Shown here one piece after another: positions 13,354 through 25,304 of a stretch of DNA of 64,000 nt (its first letter is position 1; each line of letters begins with the position of its first letter). The DNA is from Octopus vulgaris (taxonomy: Eukaryota). The notes under the pieces are model-generated. The model saw nothing but the letters and a program-made list of their open reading frames with translations. It was not told the DNA's origin and did no database searches. The stretch covers positions 9,486,001 through 9,550,000 of the forward strand of contig OX597819.1 of NCBI GenBank assembly GCA_951406725.2, given 5' to 3'. The translations under genes and the position numbers were made by a program.

Positions 13354-13573
13354 GTGTTTGTGTGTCTGTGTTTGTCCCCCTAGCATTGCCTGACAACCGA
13401 TGTTGGTGTGTTTACGTGCCCGTCACTTAGCGGTTCGGCAAAAAGAGACCGATAGAATAAGTACTGGGCTTACAAAGAATAAGTTCCGGGGTCGATTTGC
13501 TCGACAAAAGGCGGTGCTCTAGCATGGCCACAGTCAAATGACTGAAACAAGTAAAAGAGTAAAAGTGTAAAGA

Positions 13574-13575
<2 letters not shown>
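13187..13575 (+). mobile_element. SINE family A, 5'-truncated
   Basis: Homology. Confidence 0.9.
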
Positions 13576-13631
<56 letters not shown>

Positions 13632-13662
13632 TGAAATACACATATATGTACACATACACACA

Positions 13663-13699
<37 letters not shown>

Positions 13700-13815
13700 T
13701 CCGTTAAATCCTCCTTCTTTCTTTCCTTTCCTGAGCGTCCAATAGCACTATACTTGTTCCACGTCCTCGTGTTGTTGTGTTTTCTCTTTGTGTTTTCATG
13801 TTTGGATTAACTTTA
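13700..13815 (+). mobile_element. Family E-related pLTR 3' fragment lacking the hammerhead core
   Basis: CCTGAGCGTCCAATA..TTTGGATTAAC match. Confidence 0.65.
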
Positions 13816-14146
13816 TATATATAACGTCTGAAGCTGTGTTTAGATACTTATGTATGCGTATGTTCGTAGATGCAAACTTATGAACAACGGAACACGCGCA
13901 TACTTTATATATTTCAACGTGCAAGCCCCACCACATACACACACACAGAAATATATATGTTTGTGTGGTGGGGTCAGCTTTTGTGTGGCTGTTCGAGTTA
14001 CAATTTTTGACCCTCATTTTTAGCGATTGCAGGTGCAATTTTGCACCGTCATTTATTAATTTTACCTTTTAGGTTTTAAATGCTATAGCCACCTATATTA
14101 TGATATATTTAATATATCTTAATATATTAATATGCAATTATATCTT

Positions 14147-14191
<45 letters not shown>

Positions 14192-14652
14192 CATATCAAC
14201 CGTATAACAACTTTTGGATGTCTCCCAACGGCAACCCAAACCCCACTTAACAAAAATTATAACCCCTCCAAAATTCTCTATCAAGGAATTAATTAACCTA
14301 GGAGCCTGTACTTATCGTAAGCAAGTAAAACAAATTTATCAGAACAGTAACAACGAGCAGATTCATTAAGATGAACACAAATATATGTTTAAATATATCC
14401 AGGGGAACTTCCGTCGCCTGATGCTTATCGGGAATCAACGCAATTTCGGCGCTATGAGGTAGTATGACTTATACTAACGGAAACGAACGCCTAAGAAAAT
14501 ATAGTCTAACATTGTTCGAGAAGATAGAAGCAAAATTCTTGGACCTGAGATACAAATCACAAACGTATAAATCTTGAACACGACATAAAATACGAAATAA
14601 AACATAAATAATAATCAATACAAAATCGACTTATAGAAATTGTATACTAATA

Positions 14653-15049
14653 TCTTTATATATAAAAGTGAGGTTGTGTGCTGTCTGTCTCCTACGATTT
14701 AGATTCCTAACTACTCCCACATTTTGCAGTGCATTTTAACCAAAAGCGGGTATCTTATAGTCGTGATTCATATCGAGCCCTTCTGGGTATTAGCGCGCGT
14801 CTACGATGAGTCTACGATATAAAAAAAAAATTTACCATCAATTTTTCCTATTTTAATGCATTTTTGGCATATATAAGGGAAGTGACTCTCTAAAAATTTA
14901 TTATTAAATCTCAGAACGTAAAAAGCTACAGTAACACCCCCCCCCTTGTGGTTAGCCGTATTGAGATGGCTATTATACTTTACATCTCTAAAAATGCTTA
15001 TATAGTTATTTCCCTTGCAAACCCGAGCAACGCCGGGCGATACTGCTAG
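14653..15049 (+). mobile_element. Non-autonomous Helitron family D
   Basis: A|TC ... hairpin ... CTAG|T. Confidence 0.85.
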
Positions 15050-15232
15050 TAATAAATAAAACATAAGAAACATAGCATGACAAAGCACGTAAATCGCAAA
15101 CAAAAATATAAAAGGGGAACTAAAACTTATAAAAAATATTGATAAAACCCTAACCATCCGTTCATTTGAAGGAACGAAATTTGTAAGCTTTGTATGATGA
15201 ATGTATTGTTTGATGTGTATACGTATGTATGC

Positions 15233-15283
<51 letters not shown>

Positions 15284-15544
15284 TGCGTGTGTGTGCGCGT
15301 GTGCGTGCGTGTATATGTATTTGTGTGTGTATGTGTGTTTGCAGGTGTGCGTATATATACATGAGGTATAAAGATATATATATATATATATATATAAAAA
15401 TAAATATAAGAGAGTGGTCACTATATGGCTCACTCTAGCACTAGAAAATCCAAAAGGTTTCAACCACAAAAATACATGTTTCCCATGAAAGTCAGTACGA
15501 TTGTTAGCTCACACGAACAGGGCAAATAAAAAATAACAAAAATA

Positions 15545-15639
15545 CAGATTATTTTGGGACAATTGTTTCGCTATTAATGAATTAAATGTAATTTTACTTA
15601 CAAAAAATCCACTTGTAGCTCCTCAGGCAAAACTATCTG
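15545..15639 (-). ncRNA. Type-I hammerhead ribozyme with long loop 2
   Basis: CAGAUAGUUUUGC-CUGAGGA-GCUA..UAGC-GAAA-CAAUUG-UC-CCAAAAUAAUCUG; canonical core, one stem I mismatch. Confidence 0.65.
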
Positions 15640-15856
15640 GATGAAATCCACTCAATCACACGCCAGATTTTACCATAACGATAAATACACGTGTGGTTCA
15701 ATTGATTACATCCGACGTTATAATTCAAATGCCCCTACCAAAAGCGCGCCAAACTTTCACGGAAACAAATACTACATTTAGAAATAAATGTAGCATAATT
15801 ATAATTAATTAATAAGGGTGAGATATATATATACATTTGTATACCTATATATATAT

Positions 15857-16145
15857 GCGCAGGAGTGGCTGTGTGGTAAGTAGCTTGCTAACCAGCCACA
15901 TGGTTCCGGGTTCAGTCCCACTGCGTGGCATCTTGGGCAAGTGTCTTTTGCTATAGTCCCGGGCCGACCAATGCCTTTGGTAGACGGAAATTGAAAGAAG
16001 CCGGTCGTATATATGTATATGTATATATATATATGTATTTGTGTGTGTCTGTGTGTCTGTGTTTGTTCCCCTAGCATTGCTTGACAACCGATGCTGGTGT
16101 GTTTACGTCCCCGTCACTTCGGCAAAAGAGACCGATAGAATAAGT
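15857..16145 (+). mobile_element. SINE family A with scrambled tail
   Basis: Homology; internal deletions. Confidence 0.85.
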
Positions 16146-16256
16146 AAAACATAAGAAACATAGTCGATTTTCGACTAAAGCACGTAAATGCCGCAAAATT
16201 AAAAGGGAACTAAAACTTAAAAAAATAGTAAAGAGAGAGATATATGCATATGTGTG

Positions 16257-16365
<109 letters not shown>

Positions 16366-17428
16366 ATGTGTCTGTGTATATGTATGTATGTTCATATGTT
16401 CGTATGTATATTCATATGGATATATGTGTGTCTTTGCGTGTGTGTGTGTGTATTATATATATATGTCTGTATATGCATCATTATTTACTTGCCATAAGTG
16501 CAGCCCATATACAATGAAGCGTTTGTGTACACTGACGAAAGTAATAATATTAGCAATGCACCACACCACATCGTCAATATAACACAGCAAATAAAATTTT
16601 AAAAAAAAGAAGAAAAACGCCACCCAACATAAATCATTCTACGCAGTAACATGATGAAATCTATCGGCGAACGCGTAAGCTGGTTGTTTTATCACAAGAC
16701 AAGAACCAGCCACATCACTCGTACCATTCCTGTCAGGCATGTTTACTAACAACTACAGGAAAAGAATTACAAACAAGGAACGGTAATTGTATGCCACTTC
16801 TAAGATAGCTCAGGTAGAGGGCGCTAGGATTTCGTGAAATACTATAAGCTGTAATCGCAATATCTAATTGAATTTTGGGTGTTATTATATGGAAATTTGA
16901 TGGAAAAGATTTGTTTGCAGCCTATTTTACTTTTGTTCCTTTTGTTGTTACTTATTTCACTGACTAGCGTGCGTTATGCATGATATTAGAACATCCGTAA
17001 TGTGTAAATATAGAAAAGTGGATGAAGCAGCCTTATCTACTTTGTGATATTTCAAACCTATACTGGAAATTTCAACTCCAGCAGTTTCCATTTTGCAAAC
17101 CCCTGGGGATCCACAAAGTTAGTACAAAGGATATGTGAACTATTCTCAAAATATCAAGATGTTACAGAGTAAAATGCATAATTACTCACAATTGAATTAC
17201 AAAATTCAGATGAGCAGAAACGAACAACTTTTCAGATGCGTTTTAGAACCTGTTCTATGCTTAAAACTGACTTCCTTTGAACCTTAACTTAGAATATAAT
17301 ATCAACAAAGCAGTATCAACTATGTCATTAAATTTCTTTTTGCCAATAATATTATTTATAGAGTTGTATATTCTGTTACATATGTCTCTCAATTCAGAGA
17401 TAACCTAGAGGAAGAGAGTCTTTTTTTA

Positions 17429-17812
17429 GGAAGCACTCCGTCGGTTACGACGACGAGGGTTCCGGTTGATCCGAATCAACGGAACAGCCTGCTCGTGAAA
17501 TTAACGTGTAAGTGGCTGAGCACTCCACAGACACGTGTACCCTTAACGTAGTTCTCGGGGATATTCAGCGTGACACAGAGAGTGACAAGGCCGGCCATTT
17601 GAAATACAGGTACAACAGAAACAGGAAGTAAGAGTGAGAGAAAGTTGTGGTGAAAGAGTACAGCAGGGATCACCACCATCCCCTGCCGGAGCCTCGTGGA
17701 GCTTTAGGTGTTTTCGCTCAATAAACACTCACAACGCCCGGTCTGGGAATCGAAACCGCGATCCTATGACCGCGAGTCCGCTGCCCTAACCACTGGGCCA
17801 TTGCGCCTCCAC
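17429..17812 (-). mobile_element. tRNA-derived SINE family C
   Basis: Head TGGCCCAGTGG..GGTTTCGATTCC; TSD AGAGGAAGAGAGT. Confidence 0.9.
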
Positions 17813-18230
17813 AGAGGAAGAGAGTATGTTGTTAATTACTAAAATTGTCTTGTTGAGTAGACAGATCTTTCAGAAGCCTGAAGTCCGCGAAACCTGAAAA
17901 GTTTGAGAAACACGTGACACTGTTCTTGACTTGCTGGAAACACCAGTCAATCTCACTCAAATCACATCCTAGAGTTTTAGATATGGAATTGGCGTATTAG
18001 ATATATAGTCCTATGTAAAATTTTTAAAAAGACGTAATAGTCACGGGTAGAATACCGTAGGCCCGCTCGATCAGACGTGATCAATAACAACGTCGTTTCC
18101 TATGAGAGTTGCAGGCAACTAAAATCTTGTATTATATAATATCTACGAAACAGTTTTATATTTAAGAGATGAGGAATTATGTACATTATTTACATTTGAC
18201 GGATATTTGTCCTCATCTTGCTTGTTGTTA

Positions 18231-18274
18231 ACACAACGTTTCGGCTGGTATACCCTCCAGCTTTCATCAGGTGT
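18231..18274 (-). ncRNA. Minimal type-I hammerhead ribozyme
   Basis: ACAC-CUGAUGA-AAGCUGG..CCAGCC-GAAA-CG-UU-GUGU. Confidence 0.7.
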
Positions 18275-18333
18275 GTTGGGGAAATTTCGAACCTAGGTTC
18301 TCATTCCTAAGGTATTTTTCGATGTTATTATTA

Positions 18334-18376
<43 letters not shown>

Positions 18377-18378
18377 TA

Positions 18379-18467
<89 letters not shown>

Positions 18468-18561
18468 CGGGTCACTGCTTGGAATCGAACTCGGAATCTT
18501 CGGGTTAAGAGCGCGGGCTATTAACCCCAAGATTCCGAGTTCGATTCCAAGCAGTGACCTA

Positions 18562-18625
<64 letters not shown>

Positions 18626-18673
18626 TCGAAAAATACCTTAAGAATGAAAACCCAGGTTTGAAATTTCCCCAAG

Positions 18674-18717
18674 ACACCTGATGAAGGCTGGAGGGTATAC
18701 TAGCCGAAACGTTGTAT
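18674..18717 (+). ncRNA. Minimal type-I hammerhead ribozyme
   Basis: ACAC-CUGAUGA-A-GGCUGG..CUAGCC-GAAA-CG-UU-GUAU. Confidence 0.7.
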
Positions 18718-19679
18718 TAACAACAAACAAGGTGAAGACAAATATCTAAATAACTAAATAATGAATATCTACGATATTTTATAGGACTATTAAATCAAAG
18801 AAGTACATGAATAACATTTTATTTTACCGTCATCCAAAAAACGAAATTTACTTTGTTGGGATTTGAATTCAGAACGAAAGAGTAGTAATTAAATACCGCA
18901 GGTATTTTTTTTTTTCTTTTTCTTTTTTTACTTGCCAATCCTTTGTCGAGTGAAATGCAGGCACGGCTACCAGCCGAAAGGTGAATCGATATGTAAACTG
19001 ACATTCACACAAGCTCACGTCCGAACTTCATAACTTCCACAGCACACCTAAATTGTGTAAAAGCTTTAAAAAGGTGCATGCATGAAATGCTTAAGAAGTT
19101 TGTTTCTGAACCACATGGACTCAGGTTCGGTCTCACCACGCAGTATCTTGAACCAGTGTTTTGCCTCTGTAGCTTCAAGCCTTGTAAGTGAAATTAGTTG
19201 ACAGAAAACTGTACCGAAGCTCGTCATACATAGATAGGTGTGTGTGTGTGTGTGTGTGTACGTGTGTGTGTGTGTGTGTGTGTGTGTACGTGTGTGTGTG
19301 TGTACGTGTGTGTGTGTGTGTGTACGTGTGTGTGTGTGTACGTGTGTGTGTGTGTACGTGTGTGTGTGTGTGTGTGTACGTGTGTGTGTGTACGTGCGTG
19401 TGTGTGTGTGCGTGTGTGTACGTGCGTGTGTGTGTACGTGTGTGTGTGTGTATGTGTGTGTGTGTGTGTGCACGTGTGTTTCTCTGTTTCTATGTCTGTC
19501 TTTGTAGTAACCCATTTGAAACAACAAAACAACTTTTATGCCACGAGGAACCTTTTCTTCTTCATTATGGCAATAAACTTAATTCCGTTTTCTAAACTTT
19601 TTATGTTTTAGTTTACCAACTCAGACCATCACTAGTTTCCTCAGATTCTACTGTTTTACTGTTTTACTGCGGAGTAGAA

Positions 19680-20040
19680 GATGTCTTGCAAACAACTTGC
19701 ACATGCAAGTGCTACCAGTTAAAAGCTCCGTATATCGGAAGCTAGCAAGTGTATGGGGTCATCAGGAGAGAATGCGCGCCGTTTCGGGGCCTACCTCTCG
19801 ACGGCATCAATGCGCACCGCCCCCCCTCCTCACTGATATGAGGCCCCGCTTGCTAGGTCAGCTGGTTATGAAGAACTCAATATACTTCTAGCCATCGCTC
19901 ATCGTCTCTTTTAAACCAAATCCAGTGGCTAGCCTTCTCCACTGTAGATTGGATATCAGTCATGGTGGTATTGACTTTACGATGAGTTAGGCCTAACGAT
20001 AACAACAGTCGTCTCACGCTGTGTCCTACAAACCCTCTAC
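19680..20040 (-). mobile_element. Hero-like (RLE) non-LTR retrotransposon 3' fragment
   Basis: CRGFVGHSV..EKASHWIW peptide plus 3' UTR nearly identical to 43667-44200. Confidence 0.75.
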
Positions 20041-20224
20041 ATAGTGTAATTAACGACTGTGTTGTTATTTTGTTGTGCTGAGTCATCATAAGGAAAAGGT
20101 CCATATTATGCTCCTCTCTCAACCACTTGTGTTAACCATGGGCTCAGATTTCTGGACTTGATTTGAAGAACCTCTTAATTCTTTAAGTACCATACAGAGA
20201 AGATAAATATTTAACGTCATCATA

Positions 20225-20400
20225 ATCATCATCATCATCATCATCATCATTTAACGTCCGTTCTCCATACTGGTAGGGGTTCAACGGCTTGACAGGAGTT
20301 AGCCAGCTGGAGAGCTACCCGTGCACCATTTTTCTGTTTTGATATGGTTTCTATGGTTGGATGCCTTCCTAACGCCAACTACTTTACAGAGTGTACTGTG
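20225..20400 (-). mobile_element. RTE/RTEX-type 3' end with (GAT)n tail
   Basis: TTTAACGTCCG..GGATGCC.TCCTAACGCCAAC motif next to (ATC)n. Confidence 0.45.
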
Positions 20401-20640
20401 TGCTGAGAGGGGGATGTAGAGGACATGTTTGTATGCATGAATAGCCGCTCCTATATATACTTTTTTCGATGTACTGCGTATTCGTTACTTTTGGCATCTG
20501 TTATTACCTCCGCCTTAGTTTATTATTGATCTTATTTAAAAATGAAGCTGTAGCCTTTAATTCGCTGCTTTTTTATACACAAACCGAGAAGATATCTTGC
20601 AAATTAGTGTTATTTTAACGCTGACACCAAATGAATCTTG

Positions 20641-20750
20641 TAATCACCTGAAGAGACACGTCTACACAGTCGGATACTCCTAAACAGGTTGTTAATTATA
20701 CCACCCGTGAGGGATCGATGTCAGATGGGTCGAAACAACTGTAGGGATTA
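20641..20750 (+). ncRNA. Type-I hammerhead ribozyme with large helix II insertion
   Basis: UAAUCAC-CUGAAGA-GAC..~70 nt..GUC-GAAA-CAACUG-UA-GGGAUUA. Confidence 0.6.
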
Positions 20751-21014
20751 ATAACATTCTCATATCTTCCATTTTCTGTCTCTCTCATTATTCAAATGTG
20801 TGTGAGAATGTATGTGTGTATGTGTGTGCGCGTTTGTGTGAGTGTGTGTGTATAACTTTTATTTTTAGCTCTTATTTCTAGTAATTTAGGTGTTCTAACA
20901 CCCTAGTCATATTTAGTGACAATTATAGTTTTCAAATTTAGTAAAATATTGCACACGGCTGTCTATATTAATTTCCTATATATATATATATATATAGTAG
21001 TAGTAGTAGTAGTA

Positions 21015-21895
21015 ACAGAAAAGAGGAATTTCAAATTTCAATTATCCCCACGTGGTGGGTAGTAATGTATATAAGAAATTAAAAAAGGAAAATACGCACA
21101 CTTACATGGTTTTAATATAATTTTTAATATATCGACCGGTTTCGCTATCGCTATTCATGATATTATGTTTTATTTATTTGAATATATATTTTTTTCCTTA
21201 AGAAGAAATTTGGTCCATGTTGTGTGTGATGAAATTCACGAGTGAATGACTTCACAAGTAGACAAATAAAGGGAGGTAATTGGTTGTTATTATTGTTATT
21301 GTTGTGTGTAAGGGAGATAACTGTTCAGCTTTTGGTAATGGGTGGGGATTAAATATGTGTACAGAAAAGAGACAGGTTTAAAAAAAACCTTGTTTAGTAG
21401 GGGATTTAGGTATAGTGATGTAAAAGTTGGTTATGCGTGCATATTAAGACGTGTTTTGTATTTTTCAATGAAAAAAGTTTCTTTATTTAAACGTTCTAGT
21501 TGAGAGATTGCGTCTTTGCACTGGTAGAAAGGGAAGACTGTGAAATTTGGTTTGATGTTACCTGCACATTTTTCTATGTCTTCACTGAGAGGAATTTGTC
21601 TGTATTGCGGGAAACGGATTTGCTCCTTATGTAGAGTGATTCTCTTTCTCAAAGTCATACTCGTTTGTCCAATGTACTGATGACCGCAACCCAAGCAAGT
21701 TATTACATAAATTAGGTTCTCAGAGGCACAGGTGAAACTAGTTTTAATTGTGAACTTCTGTCCTTGTTTGAAAAGGAAATCCGAGCCTTCAAGCAGGTTG
21801 GGGCAGGTTCCACAGTTCGGGCGTCCACATTTTCAACCGTTTGTTTCGTGGTTGTTTTGTAAAGTTTTGCATTTGTTAGTAGTCTCTTTAGCTGC
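21015..21895 (-). mobile_element. Penelope-like retroelement, 5'-truncated: Cys linker, GIY-YIG endonuclease and pLTR
   Basis: CGRPNCGTC..FTCASENLIYVITCLGCGHQYIGQT..RITLHKEQI..E..FI..LN with a frameshift near 21833; hammerhead downstream; ends in (TAG)/(TA) repeats. Confidence 0.85.
21129..21163 (-). ncRNA. Ultra-minimal hammerhead with A3-U8 compensatory core
   Basis: AUAUC-AUGAAUA-GC GAUA GC-GAAA-CCGG-UC-GAUAU, in the expected pLTR position. Confidence 0.6.
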
Positions 21896-23952
21896 TCATC
21901 AAACTCATCAAATGCAAAAAACAAGACAAATCGCTAAAGAGACTAACAAATGCGAAACTTAAAATTTTAGTCTATCGAGGATATACAATACAAACCGACA
22001 AAATCGCATATCTCTTCGCAGCAGTATGATCCCACGCAGACACCAAATGAATCAGTTGGGGTTTTGCTCACAAACTAATACAATGGTATGTTTATCAAAA
22101 ATATAATATATTTATGTTATTTTTCTGAAGGTAGCAAACTTCTATCGAATCTTTAACGGAATCAGAATTATCGTCATTTAAGCACTTTAAAGAACCGAGA
22201 TATTTAAGAATTAAATTCTTATGGTATGCATGTTTCAATGAAAATAATTTGTCAATTTCGTAAGCAAACAATAATGTGTAAATATTTGCTACTTAAAAGT
22301 AATTTAAGAGGATGTCTGGATGAGCCAATAGTTCATCAAATAAGTACACAAACTTTACAAAGAATTCATACAATCTCAATACAGACAATATGTAATACAT
22401 ATTGCATGTAGAATTCTATGTTGAATACATACAAACTATTCGGAAGAGGACTCCGTCGGGTATGGAGATATAAAGTAAAATATGTTGATGTACCGTAGGG
22501 TGGTGAAATGTCTGAAATTTCAAGTAGATGCGTTCATCAAAGAATGAAGGTATTTTATCCTAGATTTGATTTTTCTACAAGTAGACCACCTCGGTGTTTT
22601 TTTAATTTATAATCGAAATAAGAAACTCATTATATTTGTGAGAAGCCTGACGCGTATAATGTTTACTGTATGAACTATCTCATTACTCATCACTTTGTTA
22701 TCTGCCCGAGCATAATTTCAAATGAACCTCCTATATATCATTTAATCTAATGATTTATTTTTTACTCTCTACTGTTGGTCTAAAACAATTTCCGTTTGAA
22801 ACGAGCAAAAGCTAATTTCCGGTTTTAGATAATATTCTATTTCAGATACGGGGAAATTAAGTAGATAGCACAAAAGAAGACCTACGCTGAATCCAATTTT
22901 AGGACTGCTTTTCCATTATCTCAATCATAATCATTCCTTGTTTTATAACTAACTACCTCTGAGTGGCAGCAAGTCCCCTGCAATGTCTAGTTAAACATAA
23001 TCTAATGACTAAATCTGGAATAGACGACTACATCTATTCCAGATTTAGCCATTGATTTTATTTGGTGAGCTGAAGTTTATAGAATACAATTTACTTCCCG
23101 GGAACTATACCAAAAGTGCATGCCAAGGATTTGAAACTACATCAAAAAATATAATCTGTTCTAGTAGACAGACATAAGAGTTTTTTTAACATAATAAACA
23201 TAATAAATCGACTGATATATAGTATATAGATATGTATTCATGTGTTAAATATAGCTATGATGAGGTAAGTGCAGACAGGCCAGGCCTCTTTTAAACTTAA
23301 AGGTCATGTGACCCAACCCGGACTCGTTGCAACTATGTTTTGACATCATCCATCAAGTTACAGCGGTTGTTTAAAGAAGCAAAAGTTCATAAAATTGACA
23401 TTTAAACCTAATTCACGGCTACATATTAGCAGGATGTTTTCTTATTTGGCTTCACTGATTCGCTGAGCAGGTTTTCCAATCCAGTTCTCTAGAAGAGTTT
23501 GAACCAATCTGAATGTATTAAAAATTCTAACTAATGACATTTGAGTCATATTATAAAGGAAGGCCAAGGGACAATGGTGGAATGATATTTTGAATTAATA
23601 ATCCTTTATACTATAGGAACAAGGCCTGGCATTTTGGGGGAGGGTACTAGTCGATTCTTAATTACAGATTATTAATTATTTATCGTTCTCAGCACAATAA
23701 GTAGAAAGCTATATTCATGAATCGAACCTGGGTGGAAGTTGCAGATCATCTCTACATCTTTCCACCACGCTATGTCAGCTACAAAACGAGAATATATAAA
23801 GATGTATATAAGGAATATATAATACAATGAGAACAGTTTATTTACAATTACATAAACATGAAAACCCATCATTAGACACAGAAACATTATCTGTCTAGCT
23901 ATAACTATCTCATGGAAGAAGAATAAAATGGAATGACAAAAAATGCATAACT

Positions 23953-24865
23953 ACAGTACCGTACAAAAGTCTTTGGACACTTTAAGCTGTTGGAAATTTC
24001 TACTAATTGCCCAACTTATAAGTGGATGTTTCGCATTGCGTCTTTTTACAGATAGAACATTGACCATGTTAGGGTCATTTCCATACCTAATCATTATATT
24101 TTGTAGTAGGGATTCTGAATGAGAGGAAAAGATGCGAGACCGGCTATGTAAAAATTGACTGTGCAAAATTTTTCAGCCTTCTCACATAAACTATTCAACA
24201 AAGTCTATAATGAAAATTAATTACATAATGTTCATTTCAAGAAGTTACTGTACATTGTTAATATTTCATGTGGCTTCCCTTAGCTTGAATAATTGCTTCA
24301 ATGCGTCTGGGAAGAGATGCGTACAAATCTTTCACAATCTTCACAGGTATGAGATGCCATTCTCTGTGGGTGAGATCCCACACCCTTCAAAATTGCGTAG
24401 ATTCTTCTGACGAACTCTTCTCTTTAGTTCTGACCGCATTTGATTGATGATATTTAAGTCAGGGCTCTGAGCTGGCCAATTTTTCAATACGGTAAAACCT
24501 TCATTTGCTAAACTCTGTTGTGTTGTACGCTCCGTCATGCTGAAAAATCTCAGCTTCATCCAAGTCTGGTACCAAATTGTCCTTCAGGAATTGGATGTAT
24601 CTGTCACTATTCAAGTTACCGTCAATGTTAAACAACTTTCTTGAACCATCACGTTTTATGTAACCCCAAAGCATTTATGTACCCCCAAACTTCACTGTTT
24701 TCGTTGTGTAACGTGGGTCGTTTTGCTTTCCTGGAAACATTCTGACAAATTCTCGCTTATGAGAAAGCGAAACGACCGACGTTACACAACGAAAATAGTG
24801 AAGTTTGGGTGTAAGAGTCGGATGCTTTGGGGATACATAAAAAATGATGGTTCAAGGAAGTTTGT
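23953..24865 (-). mobile_element. Tc1 transposon relic with terminal fold-back
   Basis: TA|CAGTACCGTACAAAAGT TIR; WPAQSPDLNII motif; VKFG..MLWG segment present in both orientations. Confidence 0.8.
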
Positions 24866-25304
24866 GATATATAAAAGTGATGATCAAGGTGGTGGTGGTG
24901 GTGGTGGAAATGAAGGTGGTGGGTATGGAAGTGGTGATTGGAAAAGTGTATTTTTTTGTTAACCGAACAAAGTTTTTACGTTAATTATCACTTTACGCAT
25001 AAGTGCAATTCCGTGAAATAATCACGCTTATTTACGTGGCAGATGTATGCAATTTAACTAAAAGATGTATCATATGCAGGGGAAAAATTCTTTTAAAGGA
25101 AAAAATGGGAAAATAAGAGTGAATATTTATTTTATGAGTGCTGTGTATTAAGTCTATGAAATAGTTAAATATATTCAATGAGAATATTATATACTGAATT
25201 TATATTGAGTGCTCAATTGTATCAAAGTAGTAATACTATTAGAGTATTTATATATTTAATACGAGCGATTATATACATATATATTTTTTAATAATATATT
25301 ATTA

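Larger units (their letters stand above)
18165..18760. mobile_element. Fold-back family F element: tRNA-like head, (AAT)n and hammerhead pLTR in both arms
   Basis: About 600-bp imperfect palindrome; hammerheads at 18231-18274 (-) and 18674-18717 (+); tRNA-like segment 18503-18560. Confidence 0.75.

Noticed and set aside
23004-23053. 21-bp-stem hairpin as a pre-miRNA
   Set aside because: Isolated; no expression or conservation evidence.
22433-23780. Possible small minus-strand exons (22511-22433 and about 23730-23780)
   Set aside because: Splice-like signals but ambiguous frame and no recognisable homology.
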